Of a DNA stretch of 53,447 bases, positions 22,475 to 34,309 are shown one piece after another. The first letter of the stretch is position 1, and every line of letters starts with the position of its first letter. Position numbers and translations under genes: made by a program. The DNA comes from Macrostomum lignano (Eukaryota), in NCBI GenBank assembly GCA_002269645.1, contig NIVC01000157.1, positions 622,345 to 675,791 on the forward strand. The letters run 5' to 3'. Below the pieces are notes generated by a model that made no database searches, had not been told where the DNA came from, and saw only the letters and a program-made list of their open reading frames with translations.

Positions 22475-24438
22475 TCGCGTCAGTTTTAGTATTAGGAAAG
22501 AGAAGAGAAGAGAAGAAAGAAAGATATAAAATATAAAAAAAGCTCATAATATAAATATAGCTCATCTATATTCTATCGCCCCTTTCCCCACTCACAAATC
22601 CAACGACGGCCATATCAACGTATATATTAATAAACGCTATAAAAATCCTATAAATAGCATTTCGCCTCCATCGTTCTTTCCCGTACTAATAAAAAACGCC
22701 ATATCATAAAATCAGCGTTCATACAAACTTTCTTATATATTATTTTTTACTCATTACACCTGGCCTGCAGCAAGCGGCCAGAGTTGCAGCCATTGGCACA
22801 GTCGTAGCTTTCTGTGTGCAGTGCACAATGCGTCTGAGGGCTGTGTATAGATGAATAGTCTTCCATTGACTGAGGGAGCCGCCACACCCACTTAGAGTTA
22901 ATTGATCGGTATGGTATGTTAACATCTTGTATTAGACAGATTAGAGGTATAATACAATTGAACGAGAAATTCGGAACCTGTAAAGGACCATAGCAAAACT
23001 CAATTGTAGAGGGGCCTTTTGGTTAAGGCTTTTTGCTTCCAATTTACTGTAACTATACAGTACTCCGCAAGGTATTCTACTGGATGGGAGATGGGTAGAT
23101 CGGACACCCGGAGGGTGGGGATACCGCCTAGTTGTATTCTAATGTCTTGAATATTAAGTAACATCGGCTTGATCCGTTTGAGTCTAATAATTACTTTAAT
23201 TTGCATAAAATATTAGGTAGCTAGTATTGCAAGCTCAGTTTGAAGTTACTATGATTGGTATTTTTCTAAGTCGCATAAATAGGCTACGGAGCCGTTACGT
23301 GTTCAGTCTGCAAAATACTCATTAAATAAAGTTACATTCATTTATCGTCAAATATATCCGACATCTCTTCAGAATAAATCTAACTCCTACTGGTTGTACG
23401 TCGCTTCAAGTCGAATTGCATTTATTAATATCTATCTATTCATCTATCTATCTATCCAAGAGCACAAATCTGACGCTGAAAATCTGCTGCTATGCCGTTG
23501 ACTACCACACAGGGACAGCTGTTGCAAATTTGCGATCCGATAACCAGCTACATGGTGATTCGCCTGTTAGTGCCAGCACCGAATTCACAGTTTGTAATGA
23601 CACGAGTGCGCGGTGTGATACAGTGATCGTTCTTCGAGAGTTTTGCTAAGCTGTTTTTTTCTGACGCGCCGAAACTTATCTCATGCTCATGTTGTGAAAC
23701 GGGCTGGGGCCCGTGCCATAGATTTAACAGTAGAAAGACCATGGGGGTGTATTTCAAATACACATATTTTTCTTTTGTCTGAATCTCCGAAAATATTCAA
23801 CCAATTGCCATCGAAATCCAGAACACATGCTAAAATTTTCCGCTCTATTCGATGAAGCAACTCCGAGAATCACGAAAAATCGGCATCGTCGAGATATTCA
23901 ACGATTCTGCTCGGGGTGTCCGGTGGCAAAAACTACCAACATTGGCAAATTTTTTCTGTTCACAAAATCTCATCATGAAACCACGTCGGCTCAGAAAACT
24001 ATGCATATCAGTCGTAAAGGCCTTTCTTCTCAGCATCCCAGGAACCAGGGTCCCCTTCATCACTGTCTGGAGCATCGGCGGCGACCGTCTGGACCTTCAA
24101 CAAAAGCACCCGATCGGCATCGCAGAGACGGCTGCGTCCCCAAAACTGAAATGGAAGAATCCTCTTCTGCATGCAGCATTCAGTTAGCAGACATAATCGG
24201 TGAATGAAATGGACGATGGCGACCCTCTAGGTTGACCTGTAGACATACAAGCGACCTTCGGGACCTTCAACGGAGTGCCACCAGGCGGCCCCGACTAGCT
24301 GGCACCCCCAACATCGTGATTTTTCTGTCAAGGCACCAAACCAGGCATGTCTGCATGTTATACAATGCTTTTGCACCGTGTTAAATTGGAGAGTTACATA
24401 TTTAACTGGCGACTGAAAAATATAAAATATATTTAATT

Positions 24439-24614
24439 TGTCAAAAATGATATTACAGCATGTCAAAAATGATATTACAGCATGTCAAAAATGATATTAC
24501 AGCATGTCAAAAATGATATTACAGCATATCAAAAAGGATACTACAGCATGTCAAAAATGATATTACAGCATGCCAAAAATGATATTACGGCATGTCAAAA
24601 ATGATATTACAGCA
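24439..24614 (+). repeat. 8 x 22-bp tandem repeat TGTCAAAAATGATATTACAGCA
   Basis: Counted directly; 3 inverted copies at 32037-32102. Confidence 0.95.
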
Positions 24615-24678
24615 AATTCAAAGCAGAAGGATCTGAACACTGACACATAGACACAAAGGCTGAGTCAATTGTCACTAT

Positions 24679-26435
24679 TTAATTTGGTGCACAACGTGGG
24701 CAGTAATGGTGACTCACTGTCTCTTCCATTGCAGTGTGTCTTCGGCAAATTCCTTCGTCACACATGCAACACTTCCTTGTTGTCGCACTCAAGGCACGCT
24801 TCTCATCCTTTGACTTTTGTCTCACACATGTTGCACAGCACTTTCTGCCACCAACTGACACCACAGCCGCCGCTTCGCGTGCCTGTTCCTTCATTTGCTC
24901 GTCGTTGATTCGACAACCTGCGAGCTGGAACATCAGCCTGTGATGATTGGACAGATTTTGAAGAAGAGCGGCCGATTGCGAGCGCTCCTCGATCAGAGGT
25001 TGCAGAAGTTGCGCAGCTGCCTTGCGCTGGAACTCGTTGCGATAGTTCGGCGAGGCGCAGAGCTCCGGGTGCGCCAGTCTCCAGATAGCAGCGGCATTCA
25101 CAATTGCTATGTTGAGTGTGCCGCCGGATAAGATTGCCTTCTCGCATGTGTCGGACTTTCGCTTGTAGTCGGATGTGCGGAACAACCTGTTGCAGGTGTC
25201 CGTGCCACTCCTGGTAGAATTGTAGTACGAGTCTATTGCTACAGGCTTGCCATTGGGAAGCAATTGTCTGTAGTGATGCATGGTGGACAGCAACATCACG
25301 TTTCGGCGCGCTTTGGGGCAGTAGGACACACACGTGAGCTCCTCAGAAAACCGGAATTCGCTCGTGTGTGGAGCCATGGTTTGAGCTGAAATCTTGAGAT
25401 CGGCTGGCAGGCCACCACAGGTGCGCATCACTGTTCCAAAAAACGTGAATCCCATTTCTCGGTACAAGTGATTGGCCAGAGCAGGACTCGAGAAGAATCT
25501 GTCACATGTGATGCGGTACCAGTGTCCTCTGAATGTATCAGCCAAGCGGCAAACAACTTGCTCACCACTCCACACCTCTGAGCCCTTGGCTAGCCGAGCA
25601 TCGGATTCCTGTGATGCAAAAGTAGTGGACAGCAGTGTTCCTTTGCCAGTGCAGATTTCCGCATTGAACACATAGCGGATGTCCATGTCATCCTGAATCT
25701 CTGGATTCCCAGCCGATGTCAGCAGGAACAGCTTGGCACCATTGCGACCGGGCTTCTCCCTCAGAAAGACCGTGAAGTCACAGTCCATACCCCAGTAGAC
25801 AATCAGAGTTTTGTCGACGCAGAGGTACGGCCCGGGAAGGACAGGATGGCGAAGCTGACTGACAAAGGTGTCCCACAAGCGTCGGATGCCGTAGAGCTTG
25901 TCTGTTGCGGCAGTCCGCTGACGATGTTCGGCAGTTTCGAAGCACAGGTTGCGCCAAAGTAGTTGAAATTGATTTCGGCTGAACGCACACTGCAGCAGTG
26001 GATGATAGCCAGAATTCACATCAGTGCTCCACAAGTCTATCAGGGCGACATTGCGCAGATCGTTGGCTCCGCTGTACAGTAGAGCACCGATTAGCCCCTC
26101 AATCTCCATTCTGCTTGCTAGCTCAGCTGAGTCTCCACTTGTTGAGCTGATGTTCTCATTCGTTGCAGCTGTGATCAAATCCAGCATGGGGTCATCGAAG
26201 AAGCCCATCAGTGTGCCGCTCTCCGTTTCAGCGCACTCCTTCCAATTAATGCGTGGATTCAGTTCGTCTGTCAACCGAGGAACACAGTCACTAGCCCATC
26301 GTCTTGGATGTGGGGGGACTTGGGACCAGTTGATTGGGTCATGAGAAATGTCGAACAGATTTTTATTTCATCTGGACCACTCTTATCCGGAGAAAACTCT
26401 TCATCCAAATCGCTGTCAGCAAGAGCCTCTGCCAT
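24679..26435 (-). pseudogene. piggyBac/PGBD-type DDD transposase with C-terminal Cys-rich domain; probable 1-bp frameshift near 26365
   Basis: LCVD, ITCDRFFSS and YYNSTRSGTD correspond to the DDD triad; C-terminus has CCATC...CCMC...ICRRH...CPRC. The frame is open from 26367; an acidic N-terminus MAEALADSDLDEEF starts at ATG 26435 in another frame. Confidence 0.88.
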
Positions 26436-26916
26436 TCAAAAGCAGGAGAATTTGATTCTACTGGATGGATGTGTTGCGAGTTTGGACGAGAAACAGAATT
26501 TATAAGAAATTTATCCAAGCAGCAACAGTTTCCGGCAGGTGCGAGAGATTTAGCAAAGCTAAGCTGAATAGTATCAGAAAGATTAAATTATTTAAATTAA
26601 TGGGTCCAGCGGACACGTGCGTCAGAATGGAAGTTAAGACGAAGTGATGGTATACCTGCAGGGGTAATCTAGCAAATCAGGATTGAGAGTCGTGAGTTTA
26701 ATAATCTTAGTAACCCCCCACCCCCTCCAGTGACCGTCCGCCTGTGGCTAAACCCCCTAGTAACAGTTGCCCCCCCGCTCCAGATACAGTAAACTCAGCA
26801 AGAGGGATGAAATTTCCAAGCTTCAATAGATTATTCGTCGTTACCAGCGGTGGAACATACATATAATCCCGCCATAAAAGCATGCGTGTGCGTCCCACGG
26901 TGAAATCAGTACATAC

Positions 26917-29900
26917 TGATATGGATTTTAACTGTGAACTTTTACGCATGCGATTGAACTATCTATGGTCATCATTGTCGAAGACCCAGACAGTTACTAA
27001 AGAGCTGGGCGCACTAGGGAAAATGGAATTAACTAACGAACGAGCGGAGCGGGACAAGGGCTCCTACGATAACGAATTATTTCCGCTCCTTTTTGTTAAC
27101 ACAAATATACGATTAGACGGAACGAGCCGTCTTGCGAATACACATCAATTGACGACGAGGACTAACAACCCATGGCCCCACCAACATCGCCTCGAAACCG
27201 ACATCAGCGGCAGCAGCTACAAATGCCCAGAATATTCGTGTGTCGATACCACAACCATCAAAATTTCTGGAGCTACCAGGCGAACCACCAGTCAAGTGGA
27301 CTATCTGGCAGAAGGAAGTCACCGACTTCTTTTTCCTCACTGAGACTACGACCGGGGCACTACTAACAGATGACTTCAAAAAGGCATTCCTGCGCACGTC
27401 CCTGGGCTCAGAAGGAAGACGTATCCTGTACGCGCACAACCTCCAGGACGATAAGGCTAGCAGCCTGGAAGAATATATGGGCAAGCTGAAGTTAATATTC
27501 AGCAAAAGCCAAAACCCAGTCCGTGCAGAGTACGAATTCCGCAAGCGAAAGCAGGAGCACGGTGAGTCCATCAGTGACTATTTCACAGCCCTGCGAACAC
27601 TAATTACGGACTGTGAGTACGGCGCTGGAGAAGATAGGCAGCTTGCAATGCAACTGGTGATTGGATGTGCGTCTAAAAGCACACAAGAGAAACTGTTGAA
27701 CCAACACACTATTGACCTGCAGTCTTTTCTGACCACCATGCGAGCTGATGAGTCTGCGTCACTTACTGGCGAAATCATCAGGAGCAATGCAATGGCGCCA
27801 ATTCAACAAGTACACAAGCGCACATCTGCGAAGTCCGACCAGCGCAAAAGCACGGCCTCGGCGATCCCTGCAGCAACCAGAACAAGGGGAACAAGAAACA
27901 GCAATGTATGGGCTGCGGTTCAAATTCACATGCCTACAAAGATGCTAAATGTCCGGCCCTCGGAAAGCTGTGCAAAGGATGCGGCAAGCCAAACCATTTT
28001 GCCTCCCATTGCATAATATCACAACGAAGGGCCAACACCGTAAAGAAAGTACGCGCAATCAAAAGGCACGTTCGATCAGTTGGCCAGAGTGAAACACCAT
28101 CGGTTGAAGTTACAGCTGTCGGCAGGAATGGAACTTACGCGGCATTGCTGGACACGGCTGCTGAAGTTTCGACTCTTCGACATGCAGACTTGAAGCGCAT
28201 CTGGCCAGATAAGGACATCCACCCAGCGACACTGACACTACGAAACTACGACAACAGTGCGATATCGGACATAATTGGCCACATCACGGCAGAGATAGGC
28301 ATTTTAAATCGAACAACCAACGCCAGACTATTTGTCACGAAGAACAGTCTACAGTCTATCGTCAGAATGGACCTGATAAAAGTTCTGGGACTGAAGTTCG
28401 ACGGAGCTTCGATGCAAATTTCAACCAATGCCGGACAAAGTTGTGACATTATAGACGAGTTCCCTCAACTATCAGAGGAATCACTGGGTACCTATCCAGA
28501 CTACACGCATAACATAACTCTTCAAAAGGACGCTACCCCAAAGTATATTCCCACGCGGACCATTCCGCTGGCTCGTCGTGAGGCTGCAATCAGTGAGATC
28601 AAGAAGATGGAGGAAATGAGGATCTGGAGTCCTGTTGAGAAAAGTTAATGGGCCAATGCACTCGTCACTGTGTGGAAAGCAGACGGTGGCATCCGGATAA
28701 CAACGGACTTTTCGTATCTGAACAAATTCGTAATCCCAGACCGACACCCTATACCGAACATCAGCGAACTCTTCCTGAAGTTGAATGGGGCTTGTTACAA
28801 ATCAAAGATCGACCTAAAGCGAGCGTACTTTCACATCAAACTCGACAAAGAGAGCAAACTATTGACAACAACAACGACACCAATTGGACTGTATGCCTAC
28901 AATCGACTACCGATGGGTCTGGTGGACTCCGCGTCTGTTTTTCAACGATGTGTAAGCAGCACACTCGGCGACTGCGAACAAACAATAGCATATATCGACG
29001 ATATCCTGGTGTTTGGACAAACGATCAAGAAGCACGACGATGAGCTCCGCAAAGACCTCAAACTACTTCACGAAAAGGACTTTTGCATCAACACCACGAA
29101 GTCTATGTTTCGCCGCGAGAGCGTACCGTTTTTGGGCTACATTATAAATGAGAAAGGACGAATCGAGTCAGACCCCGATAAGCTCTCGGCGATCAAGAAC
29201 ACACCGGCACCAAAAAACCAGACAGAGCTACGGTCTTTCTTAGGCATGATTGACTATCACTCAAACTTTGTGAGAGACCTAGCGACGATCACTGAGCCGC
29301 TGAGACGCCTAACACGACAGAACCAAAAGTTTATCTGGGGAAGCGAGCAACAATCGGCCTTTGACCGCGTAAAGCGAATACTTAAGGAACGACTGGAACT
29401 GGCCATTTTCGATCCTAACCTGCCCACGATCTTGACAACCGACGCTTCAGATGTCGGCATCGGTGCTGTTTTTTCACAAACGCAAGCCGAAACAGAGGTT
29501 CCAATAGCATCTGCATCCCATGCACTTTCCGAGCGGGAACAAAACTCCGCTGTGAACGAGCGCGAAGCACTTGCCTGCGTCTGGGCATGTGAACACTTGG
29601 CAAAATATTTGCTGGGACGACATTTCACTTTACAAACAGATCATTCTGCACTAACGAGCCTCCTACGACACCATAGTAACAAGACGAAGTCAGCAAAATT
29701 CACACGTTGGTTGGTTCGGCTGTCCGAATTCGACTACGACATAGTCTACAAGCCCGGAAGCACCAACTACGTGGCTGACGCCCTATCCAGACTACCAGTC
29801 GTCGATGGACTGGACAGTGCGGATAACGAAGACGATGCTACTATCCGCAGCATTCTGCTCCCAAACGATATTGACACCCCTTCTGCAAGAAACCTGCAGA

Positions 29901-31390
29901 AGCTAACGAGCACAGATACCATACTACAGGAGGTTTTGAAGGCTGTCAAAAGCTCCCGAATAATTGATAAAAAGAAGACAGAGCTCAAGGCCTTTGCACA
30001 GATTCAAGACGAACTGACGATAGAAAACGGAATCCTGATCCGTGGTGAACAAATCGTGCCGCCCAGCAGCCTAGTCAAGACAATCCTGAAGCGTGCCCAT
30101 GAAGGACACCCGGGAACGTAGGAATGAAAAGACTTCTGCGATCGGCATACTGGTGGCCAGGTATGGATAGCGCCATAACGAACTATGTCAAGTTCTGTCT
30201 ACCATGCCAGTACAGTGCTAAGTCGCACAAAATTATCGTGCCAAACGGTGGATCGGTTGAAAAGCCTGACCGACTCTGGTCAAAGCTCGCGATTGACATC
30301 ACCGGGCCGTTTGCAATCGCTCTACAAAATCAACGATTCATTGTCGCGCTCATCGATTACTATTCGTCATATCCCGAGATCCTTCTCACTGGAGACACGA
30401 GATCACCAAGACTAATCCACTGGCTGACAGAGGTTTTTAATTGCTTCAGCAATCCTGATACCCTGGTATCTGACAACGGAAACAACTTTGTCTCCAGAGA
30501 AATGGAGGACTTTCTCGCTTCACGAGATATCCGTCACGAATGTGTCCCCCTGTATGAGCCAAGACGAAACGGCAAGGTGGAAGTCTTCAATCGAACGCTG
30601 AAGCATGCGGCACAAACCTTCGAGGTTGAGCGGAAGAGTTTCGAAGACGGCATACAACAGACTATATTCAGCTACCAAACAACGCCGGATGAGAACGGAG
30701 ACACCCGCAAAACTGCTATTTGGCCGCGACAAAAGAGAAAATTTCCAACCTCGCAGAACAACCAAGGCCAATGAAACACAGAACGAGCTAGTGACCACAT
30801 TAAAACAGGAATCGCACCAAGTATTCAAGCGACACTTCAAGGTCGGTGATCTGGTACGTGTTCGTTTGCCTCATGTGCCATAGGGCAGGTCCCCTTTCAC
30901 CTCTCCATTCAAAGTAATCAAAGTGGTTGGCGACTTCAAATACCGATTGGACAATGGAAAGGTTTGGACTGCGCACAACTTGGTACCATTCAGACAACAA
31001 GCGATAGATCCAGTCGAGATACAGTCAAGTGGAGCGCGCCAACATCAACAGCATGTCTGTCGGTCTAAAAGACAAAACAAAGGAATGCCACCTAAGCGAC
31101 TGATTGAGGAAGTATGAACAATCAATTGGAGAGTGCACTATTTAAGGAGGGCGGAAGTTGATATGGATTTTAACTGTGAACTTTTTACGCATGTGATTGA
31201 ACTATCTATGGTCATAATTCTCGAAGACCCAGACAATTACTAAAGAGCTGGGCGCACTAGGGAAAATGGAATTAACTAACGAACGAGCGGAGCGAGACAA
31301 GGGCTCCTACGATAACGAATTATTTCCGCTCCTTTTTGTTAACACAAATATACGATCAGACGGAACGAGCCGTCTTCCGAATACACATCA
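26917..31390 (+). mobile_element. Ty3/Gypsy LTR retrotransposon (C), full length and degenerate, nested in the piggyBac-like element
   Basis: LTRs TGATATGG...CACATCA at 26917-27147 and 31159-31390; TSD CATAC at 26912-26916 and 31391-31395; PBS-like TGACGACGAGGA; PPT AAGGAGGGCGGAAG. Confidence 0.96.
27240..31117 (+). pseudogene. Gypsy C gag-pol with frameshifts and stops (28646-28648, 30119-30121)
   Basis: Gag; CMGC/CKGC knuckles; LLDTAAEV protease; RLPMGL and YIDDILV RT; TTDASDVGIG and EREALA RNase H; HEGHPG...YWWPGM...C..C, IDITGP, SDNG, NGKVE integrase. Confidence 0.93.
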
Positions 31391-31612
31391 CATACCTTTG
31401 TAGGCACTATATATAAATAATTACAGAACTTTCAGAGCAGTCATCGCGAAGCCCTCAGGCTCGGGAATCAAGAAAGAATAACCGCCTAGAATAAAGGGGA
31501 ACACAACGAGGCGAGAGATTGCACTGTTACAAAAACCAGCACATCTTTAGTTCTTCAGTCTTTCCGGAATCTTGCTAAAATCCCATTCACAAACCGATTG
31601 CGTCTTTACACA

Positions 31613-31954
31613 ATGGCAGTCACTGAGGCGCAACTGTTGCACAGATATCTCACAGAAAATGGAGCCACAGACAACGACGCCAAGGGCTTCATTTCCTGGT
31701 GCGAGCGCTACAGAAATTGCAAGAGCAAGGCTGGCAGACATGATGCGTACACAATCTGGGCCCGATATCTAAAGCGATTTGGTAAGCAGGAACATTTCAT
31801 CGTCATGCAGTTTAACTACCCAGAAGAAATCAAGCGCTACTTGCGAAGTGTTACCGGTGGAGAGGTTGTGGATTCAGCCCCACCTGCGGTCCACGAGAAC
31901 ATCACGGCTGAACAGTTCATTCGCCTGGTCATTCGGAAGCTTCGAAGAACATAA
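31613..31954 (+). CDS. Orphan 113-aa protein of unknown function, divergent from the piggyBac transposase
   Basis: Uninterrupted ATG-TAA ORF (ACAATGG context) with globular-looking composition, inside the TTAA element and not antisense to another gene. Confidence 0.55.
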   Translation: MAVTEAQLLHRYLTENGATDNDAKGFISWCERYRNCKSKAGRHDAYTIWARYLKRFGKQEHFIVMQFNYPEEIKRYLRSVTGGEVVDSAPPAVHENITAEQFIRLVIRKLRRT

Positions 31955-32036
31955 CTCGGTGATTTGCTATAATTGATTTAAGTAGATAACTTCACCGTTG
32001 CAAAGTTGCCTCTACCCAGGTGTATCATCTTTGACA

Positions 32037-32102
32037 TGCTGTAATATCATTTTTGACATGCTGTAATATCATTTTTGACATGCTGCAATATCATTTTTGA
32101 CA
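32037..32102 (-). repeat. 3 x 22-bp tandem repeat (inverse of 24439-24614)
   Basis: TGCTGTAATATCATTTTTGACA x3, plus a partial copy at 32031-32036. Confidence 0.95.
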
Positions 32103-32999
32103 AATTAAATATATTTTATATTTTTCAGTCGCCAGTTAAATATGTAACTCTCCAATTTAACACGGTGCAAAAGCATTGTATAACATGCAGACATGCCTGG
32201 TTTGGTGCCTTGACAGAAAAATCACGATGTTGGGGGTGCCAGCTAGTCGGGCCGCGTGGTGGCACTCCGTTGAAGGTCCCAAAGGTCGCTTGTATGTCTA
32301 CAGGTCAACCTAGAGGTTCGCCGGCGTCCATTTCATTCACCGATTATGTCTACTGACTGAATGCTGCATGCAGAAGAGGATTCTTCCATTTCAGTTTTGG
32401 GGACGCAGCCGTCTCTGCGATGCCGATCGGGTGCTTTTGTTGAAGGTCCAGACGGTCGCCGCCGATGCTCCAGACAGTGATGAAGGGGACCCTGGTTCCT
32501 GGGATGCTGAGAAGAAAGGCCTCTCCGACAGATGGAGCCAGATTATTGAGCCAATTTGGATTCACCATAAAGGTTTATACGGTGTAGTGTTGGTTGTCCT
32601 TGCCACCAGTTTCTTCGACAAGGATCGTTGAATATCTCGATGATGCTGACGTCGGATGACGTTGAAAGTTAATCGTTAAAAAGGGGGGATTTTGATCTAA
32701 ATGGTGGACTTTTACGAAAATCGGTTATTCGGTTTGCGAGCTATGGTGAAATTGGTTGTGTGTATTTGTACTACACCCCCATGGTCTTTCCCCATAGGGA
32801 AAATAGCGTGGTCTTTCTACTGTTAAGAGCAAAGAGTGAGAAGTTAGGAGTCAGGAGGGCTCCTAGCAAGGAGTGAATCGATTTTTTGTGCTATAGAGTT
32901 CAAGAATCAAGAGTTAGGAGCAAGAAGTTGTTCCAAGGATAGGAGTGAGGAGTTCTAAGGAGTGTAAGGTGATTCGCTAAGGAGTCTGTCAATCTGTCG

Positions 33000-34309
33000 A
33001 TTTTTGTCATTTTGTCGATTCTCGTTTGGCTGAATATAATTTTGCGATTCTCGTTTCGCCTACATTCTTATTTCGCCGATTCTCGTTTTGCCGAAATTAA
33101 TTTCATAACCATCTGGACATTAGACCATAGACAACTACACTAATGCAAATGTGATTTAGATGTCTGCAGTTTTTGCAGCATACCAAGAATGAGTGCACCA
33201 ACAACAACGCTCAAATGACTCAAGTATACCGGCAGGCCATTGCTATGGATGCCTTTTAAGCAAATCCAGCGACATTGCCGACATTCGGTAGTATCAAGGA
33301 TGCAGCATACCGTGTTTGGCACAAAAACTTGCTCCCTCTTCCGGCCACTCGAGCTGATTATATCGTTGATCCGTAGACTCAACAGACTCTGCGAGTTTTC
33401 GATATCAATGGAGGCACACCGAAGCGCATCGTTGGGTTATCATCGAACCAGCTGATCCGCGAACTCGCAGAAACTGATCGCCATCAAATTGACGGTACCT
33501 TCAACTGTGTTTCGAATATATTTGAGATGCCCAAAAAGCAGCAAGTCACCCACGAGGCAATGTGGCACTACTTGCATGATGCCTGCAGACAACTGACTGG
33601 CCACTATCCAATGTGCAACCACTTCTTGGCCGATTTTGAGCTTGCCAGTATTGCAGCCATATCAGGACGATGGCCAGTTCACCCACCGACATGCCTGAAC
33701 CCGGGTATGCTGCTCATAAAAACTGCCATGCGTTGTTGGGCTACTTCCTGAACACTTGGTCACAGCCAAACGCTCTCTATAACCGAAAAATGTGAAACCA
33801 TTTTAATGAAGATGCAGACAGAACTATCAATGCCGCGGAGAGCCGACACCATGCGCTAAATTCGATAAGTCGCAACCACCGACTCGATGTCCACGAATTT
33901 GTAAAGGAGTTGCGAGTTGAAATTGTCAATGCAGAGACGTGCATTGAGCAGCGAGCCGGGACTGTACCACCGCAGCCGAGGCTCCGAACCTGGCAACTAG
34001 CGAATGCTCTAGCGACCTTCAGAGGGCAGTTTCTCAACGGCAAAATAAATCTACGGGACTACGGGAATGCTTGCAGCTACACTTTGCACGACGCGGTTGT
34101 CTAAGTTTCAACTGAACTGAACTCGTAGTGATATTAACATTTTAAAGTTTATTGTTAAAATGTCTGCTTCTGTGGTCTGTAATTCGACTTCTTACTGTTC
34201 GTGTTAGGTCCGAGCGGAGTTAAAATTACGCTCGTAATGCTTGTAAGCTAACGAAATTCGGCGAAACGAGAATGTCGGCGAAACGAGAATCGGCGAAATA
34301 AGAGGTTCC
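33000..34309 (+). mobile_element. Mutator/MULE transposon remnant
   Basis: Inverted ends built of TTTCGCCGATTCTCG / CGGCGAAACGAGAAT repeats (33014-33097 and 34254-34309); broken frames give QIDGTF, FLADFELASIAAI and a C-terminal INAAESRH...EFVKELRVE...EQRAGTVPPQPR, typical of MULE transposases. Left boundary is approximate. Confidence 0.75.

Larger units (their letters stand above)
19926..22497 (-). mobile_element. Non-autonomous Helitron-like unit 1, with a duplicated ~140-bp 5' end
   Basis: Same termini and module order as unit 2; 5' segment present twice (22222-22357 and 22358-22497) with (CAGA)n/(CATA)n microsatellites. Confidence 0.75.
23728..32822 (-). mobile_element. TTAA-flanked piggyBac-like DNA transposon with ~0.8-0.9 kb compound inverted arms
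   Basis: TTAA|CAGTAGAAAGACC at 23724-23740 and GGTCTTTCTACTG|TTAA at 32810-32826; inverted arms 23728-24614 and ~32031-32822; contains a piggyBac transposase, an orphan ORF and a nested Gypsy. Confidence 0.8.

Noticed and set aside
22740-23650. Possible Cys-rich host exons on the minus strand
   Set aside because: No consistent frame or splice chain, in-frame stops and no recognisable domain.
23852-24187. ORFs within the piggyBac-like arms shared with 32350-32568
   Set aside because: Shared peptide simply reflects the nucleotide inverted repeat; differences show no clear codon-position bias.
24439-24614. 22-bp repeat array as a CRISPR array
   Set aside because: Repeats are contiguous with no unique spacers, there are no cas genes, and the context is eukaryotic.
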